DNA of 64,000 nt from the human T2T-CHM13v2.0 reference genome, Homo sapiens (GCF_009914755.1 NC_060930.1); one strand, 5' to 3'. Shown: positions 16,062 to 33,812, counted from the first letter of the stretch. The notes: generated by a model not told the origin, from the letters alone. Program-made: numbers and translations.

Positions 16062-16923
16062 TAACTCTGAATTGCAGATATTACTGAAAGTATTACGTCA
16101 TGAGAAGTCTATGTGTGAGATCTTAAAAATAAACTTCAAATCTCAACCAGACTAAATGTGGCAATTTTTAAAAGGTAGGGATGGGATTGAGGATTATACC
16201 CAGTGTCAGCAAAGACGTAGGACAATAAAATCATCCTCATACATACGTGTGAGATATATATAAATCAGCAAGTTAGTGAGGTATACCTAAAACTTTAATA
16301 ATGTTCCTATTTTTGGTCCAGCAATTATACTTCTAGGAAATTGTCCTAAGTAAAATAAGCATGTGAACCAAAATTTGGCAACATGGTTTTTCATCACAGC
16401 ATAATTTGTAATCTGAAAAACTGATAATATCCAACTACAGGTATCTGAAAAAACATACCAGATAAGTTCTCTGTGGGTGACTAGATCATAAGTATATTTT
16501 ATTTATTTCTTATGGTTATTTATAGTGTTTCACCAATGAAAAGATCCTAGTTTTGTAACAGGAAAAAAAAATATTTGAATTGTTCTTCGTTTAAGAATGT
16601 TAACAGGCTCCAGCAGGGCAGTTTCCTGATAACTAGAGTGACTACACTAGCACAAGCTTTGTGAGACAATATGAAATAGCAAACACCAGTCACTGCCAAA
16701 AAGGCCCCTTTGCTCTCAGGGCAAATCCCTGAGATGGCTCAGACAGCATCACCAGCTATGGATGGTCTTCCACTTCATCTCTGAATGCCAGTACCCACAC
16801 GCCTCGTCACACTAGAATTCTGTCATCCCATCCACGAGATTCACTCATAGATGTAGCTCTGACCACCTCCAGCTCCCCAGAGCACTCCCAGTCCTTTGAA
16901 GGGAGCACACAGTATGCTGGTTA

Positions 16924-17236
<313 letters not shown>

Positions 17237-17853
17237 CCAGTTAAGAATCAAGAGTGCCAGTAGGATCTCCACATTCTAGCTCTGAGACCCTGGGCAAATT
17301 ATCTAATCTTTCTAGGCCTATTTCCTTCTCTATAAAATTGAGACAATAAAATCCACGTCACAGAGTGGAAGATTTAATTATTATAATTTATATGGTGCCT
17401 AGTATATAGCAGCAGGGCCGTCGCTTCTCATCTGCCCCACACACGAGTACATAAAGTTGTGCCTGGGAGCCAAAGTTTGGTTGGGAGTTTAGAACCTATA
17501 TACATCATCCCTATGTTAAACTCTAATTTTCTCAGCTTTTTATTCTCCCTTAGGGTTAAATGTGACCTGTCAACATTTGCCTTTCTCCTGCAATCAGATT
17601 TTCAAACATCTGACTTTTAAGTTCAGTTTCAAAAACATTTTTTGTCCCTAAATTCCTAAACCAGTTTGTTAATCTCAAGTGCCTAATCTGAAACTTGCTT
17701 ATACAAATTGGATATACTATGAAGTGTCACTCTTAAAACTGGTTTTAAGATTCACCAAATTGAGTTATAGTAGTTATATTAGGGTAGTAAGGTAATTTTT
17801 ATTCTCTAGCTTCCTGAATATTCCATGTTATATTCGTAGTAATATTTTCTTTA

Positions 17854-18133
<280 letters not shown>

Positions 18134-18572
18134 TAACCACACACTTTTGTTTTTGGAGGTTTTTATCAGGTTTTATTGTGGTTCCTATTCAGGACTACAT
18201 GCACTGAAATTACTAGAAAAGCAGCACAGCACACATACGCAAGATTACAGGAGCTGACCTTTCTATTGCAAGGTTAAATAGTGGTACTTCAAGCTAGGAA
18301 GGTTTAGCTTGCTACAAAATGTACCTGCTGGGAGAACTATTATCAGAATGGTAAATCTCAGCAGAGGCTAATATCCCCCTACAGGCTGTGGGAAAATACT
18401 TAGAACTTAACAGTAAAAATATTCACAAAAAGACTGAAGAGAATGAGCTAGGATTACATGCTGGTTAATAACGGACCAGCCAGAATCCAAGACATATCAC
18501 TAAGGCGCCAGACCTGAAAAAGAAAGTAAACCAGGTTTACTTTTCAGGAATTTAAAATGGAGTTAAAATTAA

Positions 18573-18878
<306 letters not shown>

Positions 18879-19107
18879 GTGTTTCTAGAAATTCAATAAA
18901 ATCTCTTGAAATAGCTGGCAACATCCTGGGACACTATCCACAAAATAAGGAAGCATAGAAATCACTGTCCCTAAAAGGCATATTTAACATGGTGACCAAC
19001 AACTCATTCTGACCTGCCTCTCCAAGCAGTCCAACCCAGGTTTTATCAAGTGGTGCCAGTGCTAACGTCTTGTGGGTGGAACTGGCACTGAATGTAAAGA
19101 AAATCAT

Positions 19108-19408
19108 AGCCAGGCATGGTGGCTCATGCCTATAATCCCAACACTTTGGGAGGCTGAGGCGGGAAGCTCACTTGAGCTCAGGAGTTCGAGACCAGCCTGG
19201 GCAACATCAACACCGTCCTTACAAAAAATGTAAAAATTAGCTGGGCAGAGTGATGTGCACCTGTGGTCCCAGCCACTCAGGAGGCTCAAGAAGGAAGATC
19301 ACTTGAGCCCAGGAGGTTGAGGCTGCAGTGAGCCATGTTTGTACCACTGCACTCCAGCTTGGGCTACAGAGCAAGACTCTATCTCAATTTCAAAAAGAAA
19401 GAAAGAAA
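19108..19408 (+). mobile_element. Alu (AluJ-like)
   Basis: Dimer, TSD aaagaaaatca. Confidence 0.9.
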
Positions 19409-21280
19409 ATCACATTCATTACCAGAAGGGACCTCAGAAATCACGTAGTTCAACCACCTCCTTTTCCAGATGTAGAAACCATGCACTTTCCTCTAAGTGG
19501 CCAGCCTAGCTTGGCATGTTAACTCTGGTACCTAGTGTCAGAAAAGGAACTCAGATGCACATGCCTTTGCTTACCAGTGCAGGGCTCATGTCACCCTGCC
19601 AACCTTTTGGCTCTCAGGTGAGATTTCCTATGCAACCAGAGTTTAACGCTCCACCCTCCCCACTTCCCTACATGTACAGCAGACATGGCGTTACCTGGCT
19701 CTTGAGAAGTGGGGAAAGGAAAGGATGGCAAGGAAGGGAAAGAGCTTGCACAGAGCTTGTTAGGGCTGAGCACCTGAGGCAGCCAGCACACAGGTGACTC
19801 TTGTGCTTGCCATATTCTACTGACCAAACCCTCCAGGCAGAGCTCACTTCACAAGCTCAGAATCATTAGGACAACTGGTGTAGTCTGAAATCTCCTCAGG
19901 AGACATGAGAAAGAGAGGGCTGGCAGATTCACTCGTTTCTGTGAACCTTTCTCCTCTTTATCCCCCTTGATGTTTTCCTACCACCCGGCCCTGTTGTGAG
20001 GTAACACTGTCCTCAGGAGAAAGCTGAAAAATGCATTGCCGAGCTAGCGCCGAGAGGGTCCTCTCTGGGGGAAGTGCTTGCCTCAGAGCCACACTGACCG
20101 GAATGTGGGAACCATCAGAGAGTGGAAAGGCAGGGAAGAGATGAGAGTTCAGGAATGCAGCCAGGGTGAAATCATTGTAAATGGTTTTGATTAAAGGATC
20201 ATGTTTCATAAACATTTGTCAAAATGAATCACTTTGTTTTAATGGGCCCTCGAACTTGCAGTAATCAAAACCACTGCCATGAAGTAGTAATACACCAGGT
20301 GGGAACCTGCCATCTGCTTTCCCAATTATGTTTCACAAGCATCCTACAAGGCAGGAATCATCCCCATTTTACAGCTGAAATAAAGAGTAGCATAAAACTT
20401 ACCTGAAGTTATTCGGTAAATGGCGGAGAAGAGATTCAATTTCAACAATCCTTACCAAATTGTCCTTTTTGAAAACCACCCTTTCATTTTGCCACTTCAT
20501 TTATCCAGGGGAGTTAAGGAATAAGGTGCCATTTTTCAAGATACAAAAACTTACTTCTCTAAGCTCCCCAAATTATTTTAACTACAGTATTTCAGACCAC
20601 AAACCTAAATGTAAACAGACTTCTCTTTTGGAATGAGGCACGCAGATAATTTAGCGGTTTTCTCTGGTGAATCTGGGTCACCACTGCAATCTCTGCAGGG
20701 TGGCAACAGCGATACCCTCAGGGGTGACTGGCCTTGAGACATGTCAGCCCACTTGAGCAGCCTCTTTCAGGTCCCCACAGTAGGTCCTGCAGTGGATCAC
20801 CTGTCAACAAGCAAGAACCTATCCTGGAAAAGCTTACCAGCTCTTTTCTGTTCTTGTAAGCTGGGAACTACATAAACAAGTTTCTTAAAACTCAATGTAA
20901 AGGTTGAATCATGCTATTTTAATACAATTAGTATCTATTGTGGCTGCTATATAGTCTTCTACCTACTATTCTTTTGACTAGCTTGAAGAGTGATGAAATG
21001 GTCAGCAAAGTCAACCTGATATTACAGCTATTATCACAATGGTAGGTGCACATATCCCCCCACTCTGTGCCTCAGTTTCCTCAGAGGTGAAGGACAGACT
21101 AAGAGTCCCATTGACAGAATGTTTGCCTTTCTAGAACAAATCACTTGAGGAGATCCCTAAGAACTCCTAGAACTGTTCTTCATAGCTGTACCCCATCAGT
21201 AGCACCTGACATCCTCATGGTCCTCCCTGGATTCCTATATCTCTGTGTGTGCCCTCATTTGGTATATAATCATACTTAAT

Positions 21281-21408
21281 TTTTTTTTTAATAAAGACAG
21301 GGTCTCGCCATGTTGCCCAGGCTGGCCTTAAACTCCTGGACTCAAGCAATCCGCCTGCCTCAGCCTCCCAAAGTGCTGAGATTACAGGCATGAGCCACCG
21401 TGCCCAGC
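21281..21408 (-). mobile_element. Alu left monomer (FLAM-like)
   Basis: Single left arm with T tail. Confidence 0.8.
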
Positions 21409-22052
21409 TGTACACTTTATATTTTGAAATTTTCACCAACATATTGACATATCCCCAGCCTAGAAGCCTCAGAGCAGAAAGCGCCACTTTTGCACCCACT
21501 GCTATACCTAGCACAACTTCTGACTTATTGCCAATGCTCAACAAATGGCAAATTCTTCCTTCTGGTACCACTGCACTCTCTTTTGAAACTGTGCTCTCTA
21601 GACCACTTCCAGTAGGACTTAGATCTCGCTCGCATCAGTGAGGGGGAAAAAAAAATCCCAGATAAAACAGAATTCCCCAATAATTTTGTACTACTCCCTT
21701 TAAGAAAAAAATCCCTTTGTCCTAACGAACCAAAGAATATCTCCTGCTTTGTGGTAAAGGATCACCCCTCAGCAAAAATGGAAAAGAAAGTACCTCAGCA
21801 ATCTTACAGCCAAGAACTGGCACAACTTCAGAGCCACATCTGCCACCAGAAAGCAGCTTCCGGTCCATGTGACCGAGGCCCCCCATAAAGTCACATGATT
21901 CTTCTAAGTAACTTGAAAAATTCTTCAGAAGCTATTCAAACCATATAACGGTAGGACAGAAGTCCCGCCCTGGCCCCATCACAAGCTTCTGTGCAAACAG
22001 GCTAACCAACCCCAAAGAGTGGACACCCAGGTAGTTTCAAAAGCATCCTGTA

Positions 22053-22360
22053 GGCTGGGCACAGTGGCTCACACCTATAATCTCACAGTTTAGGAGGCCG
22101 AGATGGGAGAATCACTTGAGTCCAGGAGTTCAAGGCCAGCCTGGGCAACAGACAGACCTCATCTCTACTAAAAATTAAAAATAAAAACTTAGCTGGGCAT
22201 GATGGCACATGTCTGTGGTCTCAGCTACTAGGGAGGCTGAGGCAGGAGGATCACTTGAGCCCAGGAGGTCAAGGCTGTCATCAGCTGTGATTGTACCACT
22301 GCACTCTAGTCTGGGCACAAAGCGAGACCCTGTCTCAAAAAAAAAAAAAAAAAAAAAAAA
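22053..22360 (+). mobile_element. Alu (AluJ-like)
   Basis: Dimer + long poly(A). Confidence 0.9.
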
Positions 22361-22651
22361 GATACTGTAACAAGATCTCATTATGGGCAAGAACTCCCAG
22401 GATTTTGAGGTGTCTGACGTATCAGGTATTCTATCTTTATGAAGGGTAAGTTTAGATTCAGGCAAAAAGCGCCAGGCAGAGGGGCAATTCTTCTCCTGAA
22501 CTTTTACTCACTAGCCTCCCGTGGCCATTTAGCTATTTTAAATTGGCAGGGTTTGGTCTATACTATCAATTTTGACTGATAAACGCTGGTGCTGCTGAAG
22601 AAGAAAACTGCCTCTAGAGAAGACATGACCCCCAGAGATCACAGCAGGCTG

Positions 22652-22665
22652 CTGCCACCTTGTGG
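22652..22665 (-). promoter_or_regulatory. CTCF-like motif just past the MCM3 3' end
   Basis: CCACAAGGTGGCAG, one mismatch to CCASYAGRKGGCRS. Confidence 0.45.
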
Positions 22666-22785
22666 TAGTTTGCTGCAAATGCGGGAGCAGCAAACCCTGC
22701 ACGATTGCTCTCAAGGAAAACAATTCAATGTTATGTATAAAAAACACACTATGACTATTAAGACCATGTGTACGAAATGGCTAAG

Positions 22786-22791
22786 TTTATT
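22786..22791 (-). terminator. MCM3: MCM3 polyadenylation signal AATAAA
   Basis: tttatt on plus, ~545 nt past the stop, followed on minus by GT/T-rich element (tagtgtgtttttt). Confidence 0.8.
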
Positions 22792-23336
22792 CAACATCTC
22801 GGATATTCATCTGGATATTGGGTTTGTTTTGTGATACAATACATATTCACCTTAACTGGTGCTACTGCAAAGAAAGCTTTCTTGACCTGCATGACGTGCC
22901 TCAGAGCTTCTCTCCACCAATTGGAACCACCCAAAGCCTAGTCTAGACCAAAGTGCTCTGGAGAAAAAAAACAAAACAAAAAAACAGCAAACAGAAAACA
23001 GTTGTGCCCCCAAAAGTACTCAGAAGTCATATGTTATTTACAATTGGGTTTGTGTGGGATGGGAAGTAGGGCGGATGAGCCAGTGCTTTTGCAATGAAGA
23101 TGCAATAGTCATTGTCCTCTCCCACTGTCTCCTCTTTCCTCACCCCATGGCAGCTTTCATGACCCATTCCCAAAGGGTCCACCGAGTCCTGAACTCAGCT
23201 TCATCACCAACATTCCTCGCCTTCAGTTGAATTCAACACTGTTAAGGGAGTAGAGGCAAAGACTTGGGTCAGGGAGAGGGTGGGAAACACAGAACAAACT
23301 CTCTCGGCACAACCCAAGTTCAGAGACGAGGCCTCC

Positions 23337-23597
<261 letters not shown>

Positions 23598-24021
23598 CTA
23601 TACTAGGAAAATCCATAATATTAATACAGTAGAGGCGTCCCCTCAATATTCTTTCTCACACACACATCTGCCTCTGATGGCAGTGCTACCCTTGAGGAGC
23701 CCCCTTTAAAGCTAAACTATTGTACTAGCGTGTGGGAAATTGGCATTCCCATTCACTGTAAAATAGTAACCCGGTCAGCGTCAATGCGGGACAATTTAAC
23801 AGCACTTACTAAACCCTTAAAAGCGTATATCCTTTGGCCCAGGGAGCCCATTTCTAGGAACTCACCTTATAGCTATACTTGCATGAGTGCACACTGATAA
23901 ATTTAATACTGTTTTACTGTAAACAGGGAACAACCCAAATGTCTATCATCAGAGAATTTCATTAAATTTTTACCCATCCATACCATGGAAACCCTGCAGT
24001 CATTAAAAAGAATGAGATCAA

Positions 24022-24207
24022 ACAAGCACAGTGGCTTATGCCTGTAATCCCAGCCTTTTGGGAGGCTCAGGTAGAAGGACTGCTTGAGGCCAGGAGTCCA
24101 AGACCAGCCTGGGCAACATGGTGAGATCCCGTCTCTACAAAAAGTAAAAAATAAACACTGTAAAAAAGTAAAAAATAAACACTGCACTCCGGTCTCAAAA
24201 AAAAAAG
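24022..24207 (+). mobile_element. Internally deleted Alu with 22-bp duplication, inside an old L1-like fragment
   Basis: Left arm, aaaaagtaaaaaataaacactg x2, tiny right-arm remnant; tgagatc on both sides. Confidence 0.75.
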
Positions 24208-24822
24208 TGAGATCTATACGAGCTGATTCAAGCATTTTAAGATACAGTTGATGGTTGTCCTTGAGGGATAGAGTTACAATTGATTTTAATTTTTTTTCTA
24301 AATACTTTTCAATGTGTTTCAAATTTTTTTCAGTAAATACATTGTATTATGTGTTTAAAGTATAAAAAGAAAAAACGTAAAACTTGGCTATGGAGTTTCT
24401 TGGTGTCCAGTAAACAAAATTCATAGATAAAAATGTTTCCTAAAACCCTGGTGGTAAAAATTCTTCATTTCAAAAACAAATGGCCAAAATGTATCTATCC
24501 CACCAAGAAGAATCTGAGGTTACAGTAAGACATTAAGTTTTATCCTTATTGTAAAACTCTTCTCTCTCAGAAAGAGAGAATTATTAATTTAAACAACTGA
24601 AGATTCTGGGTAAAGGACATCCAGAAGTTCTTCATGCTTTTCTCATAACTTTTCAGTAAGTTTGAAATTAAATGAGAATATAAAATGTTAAAAGCCGCAG
24701 GCCTCTAGTTTTGAGTTCTATTGATGACCAGCAGTTTGTTTCCCACCCTCTCCAAGGGAACAAAGTCCCTTCCTCAGCGATACACAGAATTCTTGAAGGG
24801 GCAGGAGCAACATCCGTACTCA

Positions 24823-24957
<135 letters not shown>

Positions 24958-25354
24958 CTAGAGAAATCATCTCCACTCCCAATCTCTCACTCAGCCTGCT
25001 GAACACTCCTATTTCCTAGGGTTCTTATGGGGCCAGGCAGAACAATTAGGATATAGGGAAATCTTCATTGGATGATGAAGGAATTTAGTCAGGCAGGAGA
25101 CCCTCAATGTATATATTATCTGAAATGCTTATACCAGGTGAAACAGCACAGCACAGTTCATCAAGGAGGTGTATATAATATAGCAAAGCTTTTTCCAAAG
25201 TTTCTCCTGAAGCTCTCTTGGGACAAACCTCTTGGACATAGGCCCCAAGCAGGGAGCCAAACAAACAGGAGTCCACAAGAAAATAAAGTGCACAGAGCAA
25301 CTGGAAAAGTCCAAGAGTCACAGGAACAACCTCTTTCATCAGTAAGTGGGCTCA

Positions 25355-25519
<165 letters not shown>

Positions 25520-25722
25520 CTAACTACGGAGAAAAGGAAACAGAACCACTAAGTCAAAGTGAAGCACTAGGCTTAGGCCTTTGCAAACTGCTGCTTGTTC
25601 CAAACGAGACCAAGTCCCCAGACTAGAACACAAACAGGCGCTGCTTCCCAACGCTCTTTTCCACATCACTCACCCTTATAAATTCAACTATAAGCATGAA
25701 GGTTTTTCCCTTAGAATTTTGA

Positions 25723-26151
<429 letters not shown>

Positions 26152-26223
26152 TACCCAGGTTATCTTCATCCTCAAACCCCGCAGGTCTAGGAACACTCTC
26201 CATGAACAACCTGACATCAATAA

Positions 26224-26724
<501 letters not shown>

Positions 26725-27057
26725 CTAAGACCAAGGCAAGTGTGGCTGGGCTAGAGGGGTCACTGATGCAGGGGAACTGCATCAAGAACTCCCAGTCCCT
26801 TCTGCATCATAAGCAGGAAAGACTTCCATGTTTCCAATGGTTTACCTAGCTCCTCTTGTCCCTAAGTCCCAGGACCAGGGGCAGAAGTAGAGACTGCTAC
26901 CCATCTTTTCAAAATGCTGGGAAGTATGTTAAATGCTGTTTATATAGTAGGTACTCAATAAATGTTTACTGAATAAAGAAACAAATGTCTAGCCCATAAT
27001 GGTTAAGTGAAAACAATCCATTTCCTTATAAATCAGGTGTCTAATTGAAATCCAAGA

Positions 27058-27263
27058 CAACCCTTAACCTAGCAAAAAGCGAGGAAGAGTTTATCAGACT
27101 CACAACTCAACCCTTAACCTAGCAAAAAGCGAGGAAGAGTTTATCAGACTTACAACTCAACCCTTAACCTAGCAAAAAGTGAGGACGAGTTTATCAGACT
27201 CACAACTCAACCCTTAACCTAGCAAAAAGCAAGGAAGAGTTTATTAGACTCACAACTCAACCC
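27058..27263. repeat. Minisatellite, 50-bp unit x4, MCM3 intron 13
   Basis: cccttaacctagcaaaaagcgaggaagagtttatcagactcacaactcaa at 27061, 27111, 27161, 27211; 0-2 mismatches per unit. Confidence 0.95.
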
Positions 27264-27763
27264 CAAAAGGCTAACATTCACCAGACTGGGGTGGGAGTGG
27301 GCAACTAGGAAAAGGGAGTCTAGGCTTTGAGGCTTGATATCTAAAATGACAGAGGTGCAATGTCACAAACAGAAATAGGGAAACAGGATGAGTGGCAAGT
27401 TTGAGAGTTCAACTTTAAACATGAGCTTCTGAGGTGCCAATGGGACATTTGAAGAGACTACCAAGAGGAAAGGTAGAGTGGGACAAGGAAGATTACCAAG
27501 GTAGCTCTTTTGAAAACACCTACTTTTTTTTTTAAGATGCAAAGGAAGTAGGGGTAGACAGAGAAGCAGCTAACTGAAAGTACAGCACATCAACTAAACC
27601 AGAATCTCTAGGAGCCCTGGAATCAGCATTTTAAAGCTTTCCATCTGATTCTCTGGTGCAGTCAGGGTTGAGAATCACTGAGTGTTTCAGAGGAAAGAGT
27701 GAGGCAGACTGATGACTGGAAGACAAATACTGCTTTCTGTTGACAATCCAAATGTAGCCGTCA

Positions 27764-27982
<219 letters not shown>

Positions 27983-28794
27983 CTAGGGAAGAAAAGGGAG
28001 GATTGCTTATCCCAAGTCTTTTAGGCATGCCCATCAATCCTACTGCACAGAAAGGGAAATGACACTACCAGAAAAGCCCCAGGAGGCCCAAGCAAAGAAT
28101 TCAGAGTTCTGTGTTCTCTACAGATACCATATAAAAATGAGAAAGATGATAGCAATGATCAAGGAAATATACACAAGAGTGTTGCAGGAAGGAGGAGCAA
28201 GTGAACAGGGAAGATTAGGCATCTAACAACTGGAAAGATAAAAAGCTACAGCGTAGAAAAGGGAGAAAAATCATCAGTGATTGCAGGCCTGCAATGCAGC
28301 AGGAAGTTTGCCTTTATATACATTCTGTCATTTCACCCTCTTAATAACTTGGAGAAGTTTTATACATGAAGGAAATGGGACTCAAAGACCTTCAAGGAGA
28401 TTTTCCAAAGTCACACTAAAGGAGGGATAGGAAAGAAGTAATCTGAGGACAAATACGTAACTTCAGTAAACTCAGTCCGGAGAAGGAGAACTCTGACACA
28501 TTCCTAACAAATGTTTCTCACAGGGGCCGATGAATACCAAACTGGGATGCCTTTATCTTTTAAAATGCTATTGTCTGAATGGCCTTTCTTGACCTAATCA
28601 ATCAGAATGAATTGGAAATGAATGAATCAGAAATCTCAGTGTTTAGGACTAGATATGTGTACAAGTTTCAGGTGATTCTGATGTATCCAATCCTCTCATT
28701 TTATGGATAAGAAAGCTGACCTGACAGGTGAAAGGATTTGTCCACAGTCCAAAAGCTAGCTGCAGAGCTGGGATCAGACATGAAACTACTTCCA

Positions 28795-29156
<362 letters not shown>

Positions 29157-29688
29157 TCACTGACGTATCCTGGTCACTTCTTGTTTCAAGTTTCCTAAAT
29201 TACCATGTATATCCACAATGACATTCAAAAATAAATACATTCACATTTAAATTCATTCATCAAATCTTGTAATAATTTAGAAAGCTACCGGAGTTTGGAA
29301 GTCATACACTCCATGACAAGTTCTAATTCTTAAACCACCTAAAAAGCTGGTGAAATCCTGGCCTGCACTAGCAGACCTAGAGAATCCAAATTCTCTTGGA
29401 ATTCACTTACAGACCCCACACTAAGACAATTAAAATAGTGTATGACGCTCAGTTCTAGGTTCAATGAGAGGGCCTGGGACACACCAGAAGTTCGCATGTG
29501 GAAAGGAACAGTTAAAAAGAAAGTAAGCTGTTTAATGAGGAAGACAGGCGATACACAACCTCCAGAAAACAAGACTAACACCCACAGGTAAAAGTTGTGG
29601 GAAAATAGGTTTAAGCTTAATAAATATTCTAAAATTTCAAAACAGTGATGCTCTGCGCATGCTGTCACTGGGGGTATTAAGAAGTCCC

Positions 29689-29936
29689 GGCCGGGCTCAT
29701 GCCTATAATCCCAGCACTTTGGAAGGCCGAGATGGGCGGATCACGAGGTCAGGAGATTGAGACCAGCCTGGTCAACACAGTGAAACCCCGTCTCTACTAA
29801 AAATACAAAATTAGCCGGGCATGGTGGCACGCACCTGTAGTCCCACCTACCCGGGAGGCGGAGGTTGCAGTGAGCCCAGACCATGCCACTGCACTCCAGC
29901 CTGGGTAACACAGCAAGACCGCATCTCAAAAAAAAA
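29689..29936 (+). mobile_element. Alu with internal deletions
   Basis: Alu arms, TSD aagtccc. Confidence 0.85.
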
Positions 29937-30100
29937 GTCCCAGCAGGGATTTGAAAAGACAGAGTGGGTGAGGCTTGAGTAGATGATCTGGGATCATGTC
30001 TAATCCAAGAATCTATGTCTATGTAACATAATAAGAGTTCTGGACTTGGGTCTTTCTGCTGTAAAATCCTATGTGAACTACACTGCCCCTAAAAGATTTA

Positions 30101-30428
<328 letters not shown>

Positions 30429-30957
30429 TTAGACAAATTCATGGACACCTATATTAGGTTACCAGAAATTGCTTTGAATAACCATCATGGTTGCCTGTTA
30501 GTCATTTTTTCAAAGTCCAGTCCAAATATCATACTCTCTGGGAATCCTTCCTTGACATTCATACCCCTTCAGGGAAGTCTAAAAGAAATTAACAGTTTAT
30601 TCGTCTATGCTCAAATAGCCTTTCACGTTCATTCCTTTGTAAGTACCACACTGGGGTAAATATTTATAAATATGTACGGAAGTCTTTCTATCTACCTTTG
30701 TGCTTCCCCCGCTCCGGATCTGAGCTCTTTGAAAAGAGTGTTTATTAATTTTACATTGCTTGTAAGAGGAAAGACTAGGTCACTTCCCAGAAGTCACTCC
30801 TATGTTTGCTGAATGAATCACAGCTTCTGGAGGCCAATGTCATTTTAACTAATAAGAGACATGTTATCTCTGGGGTCCTTATTTCATTTTCCTTTATAAA
30901 AGGAAATGATTAAAATTGTATAACAGGAAGCCCTTCAGACCAGGAAAAAAGTCACTA

Positions 30958-31257
<300 letters not shown>

Positions 31258-31978
31258 TTAGTGGTTTTGCCTCTCAGAAAAGCCAGGGTCAAAACAAAGC
31301 CTAGAACCCATTATCATAACTCCCATTTATATGGAACATAGACAAGACTCTTTCACATATTTTTATTTAATTATTACAGGTATTATTTGTAAGTTAGGTA
31401 GTTTAGGTAGAAAGTTTAGGTATTATTTGCTCTATTTTGTAGGTGGGAAAACTACAGCTCAGAGAAGCTAAAGTTGACTAAAAGTTTTCTGACTCCAAAT
31501 TCTACATTCTTAAACCAACAGCTTTGAAGATTATGCTATGCTTCTTACTGCATCATGGCCAAAAATAGGTGTAAGATCCCACATTTCATGCTTTGAGCAC
31601 CTGATCACACGTCTCCTTCACCAAGTCTACCTACAAAGTCTCAAATGTTTGCTATCTGCTGACCCTTCATCACAAATGGCTACATGACACTTGCCATCTT
31701 TCATATATAAGGCACACCCACCATCAGGCGTATCATCAAAACTCTATTTTAAGAAAAGACCTGAACCTGCGCTGAATCACCTAAACATTTACAAGGCAAC
31801 TGGCCAGGATAAAGGATATATTGTGGACCCAGAAAAGAAGAAAATTAATCCACGTGGTTATGACTCCAGGCATGGCTTTGACCTGGGCATATAAGGCCTT
31901 AGCTAAGCTTAGATATACACATGCTCTAATATAACACATATTTCAGGTTCCCTTGAGGAAGAGTTATGAGAATGCTCA

Positions 31979-32284
<306 letters not shown>

Positions 32285-32491
32285 TCAGTTATTCCCAGAC
32301 CCAGAAATGGACAAAAGACACACCTTAGGATACCCTCCACTAAGCAAGAAGGGGAGGTGGCTAAACAGTTGAGGGCTCTTCAACATCAACCCAGACACTG
32401 AAACACCTACCACCACCTGGGTTGGGCCTGAGAAACTACCATCTGTTTAGCGCCTTTCCATTAGTTACTCTTACTATTCTTATGGCCTCAC

Positions 32492-32666
32492 CATCGCCAT
32501 CCTGCTCCCCAGGTGCTCTGTAACGGTGCATCCGAAGGACATGGTCTGAGATCTCCCGATCCTGCTCAGGATCCATCTGATCCAGCATGATGAAGAGCAA
32601 GTCAAATCGTGACAGCAGTGAGTCCTGTAGCCCAATGTTCTCCATTGGAGTCTTATACTGGTCATA
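32492..32666 (-). CDS. MCM3: MCM3 exon 10 (Arg finger)
   Basis: [25 protein letters not shown]...EQDGD. Confidence 0.96.
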
Positions 32667-33147
32667 CTGGGGAATGCGAGGACAACAGAAGTGGACATGA
32701 CATCAATAGGAAGAAAGAACAACAAGGCTGCTGCAGTTCTGGGAGTGGGAATGAAAGGCTTGACCTCAAAGAGCAAAACAGACAAAAAGCAGTGAAAAAG
32801 GGAAGTGTTTTAAAGCCATTAAACAATGTAAATCATCTCTTCTACCTGCAACCCTTCTTTAACTGAGCTTCCTAGGAAGCCCCACTTTCTACTACAGGAA
32901 CCTCTAACAGGCTGAGTGTAGGTCTGAAAACCAGGCCCCTGCTTCCCAAACCTTATTCTGCTCTTCTCATTCCCAAGGCAGGACCTGACTCTGAAAGATG
33001 ATCCCTTTCCCCTACCTGTCATAAAGACAGGGCAAGTTGGTTAGGCTACAAGCACTTAGAACTTTTTGGAGTCCCTTACTCAGAAGATACAAGTAAAACC
33101 TCAACTAAAATGGTCAATGATCTATATATCATAACATCTTAGAAACT

Positions 33148-33456
33148 GGCCAGGCACATCCACTCACACCTGTAATCCCAGCACTTTGGGAGTCTGAGGC
33201 AGGTGGACTGCTTGAGCCCAGGAGTTCGAGACCAGCCTGGGCAACATGCAAAACCCTGTCCCTATAAAAACTTAAAAAGAAAAAAAAATTTGCCAGGCAT
33301 GGTGGTACGCATCTGTAGTCCAAGCTACTCAAGTGGCTGAGGTGGGAGGATCACCTGAGCCCAGGGAGGTCGAGGCTGCAGTGAGCCAGGATCACTCCAC
33401 TGTACTCCAGCTTGGGTGGCAGGGTAAGACTATGTCTCAGAAAAAAAAAAAAAAAA
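33148..33456 (+). mobile_element. Alu (AluJ-like)
   Basis: Dimer + poly(A). Confidence 0.9.
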
Positions 33457-33671
33457 TCAAGGGAGTTTTTCCTTGGGATTCAAAAACCCCAATACTCTCC
33501 TTTCAATTCTGGGCCTACTGGACTGATACTTACCCATCCACATACACTTCACAGTCAGAGAACATAAAAACCTTTAGGTAATAATGATTTTGACCATGTT
33601 CACGTTTCAGGTCCTGCCATTTTTCTTGTATTTCCCAATCACTCTTGAGAATGACATAAACATACATTATC

Positions 33672-33812
33672 ATTTATTTTATTTTATTTTACTTTTAAAG
33701 ATGAGGTCTCACTATATTGCCTAGGTTGGTCTCAAACTCCTAGGCTCAAGTGATCCTCCCACCTCAGCCTCCCAAAGTGCTAGGATTACAGGCATGAGAC
33801 ACTGCGCCCAGC
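33672..33812 (-). mobile_element. Alu left monomer (FLAM-like)
   Basis: Single arm, (TTTTA)n tail, TSD tatcatt. Confidence 0.8.

Noticed and set aside
27058-27263. Repeat array as CRISPR-like or telomeric remnant
   Set aside because: Head-to-tail units with no unique spacers; only a 13-bp telomere-like stretch per unit; eukaryotic intron
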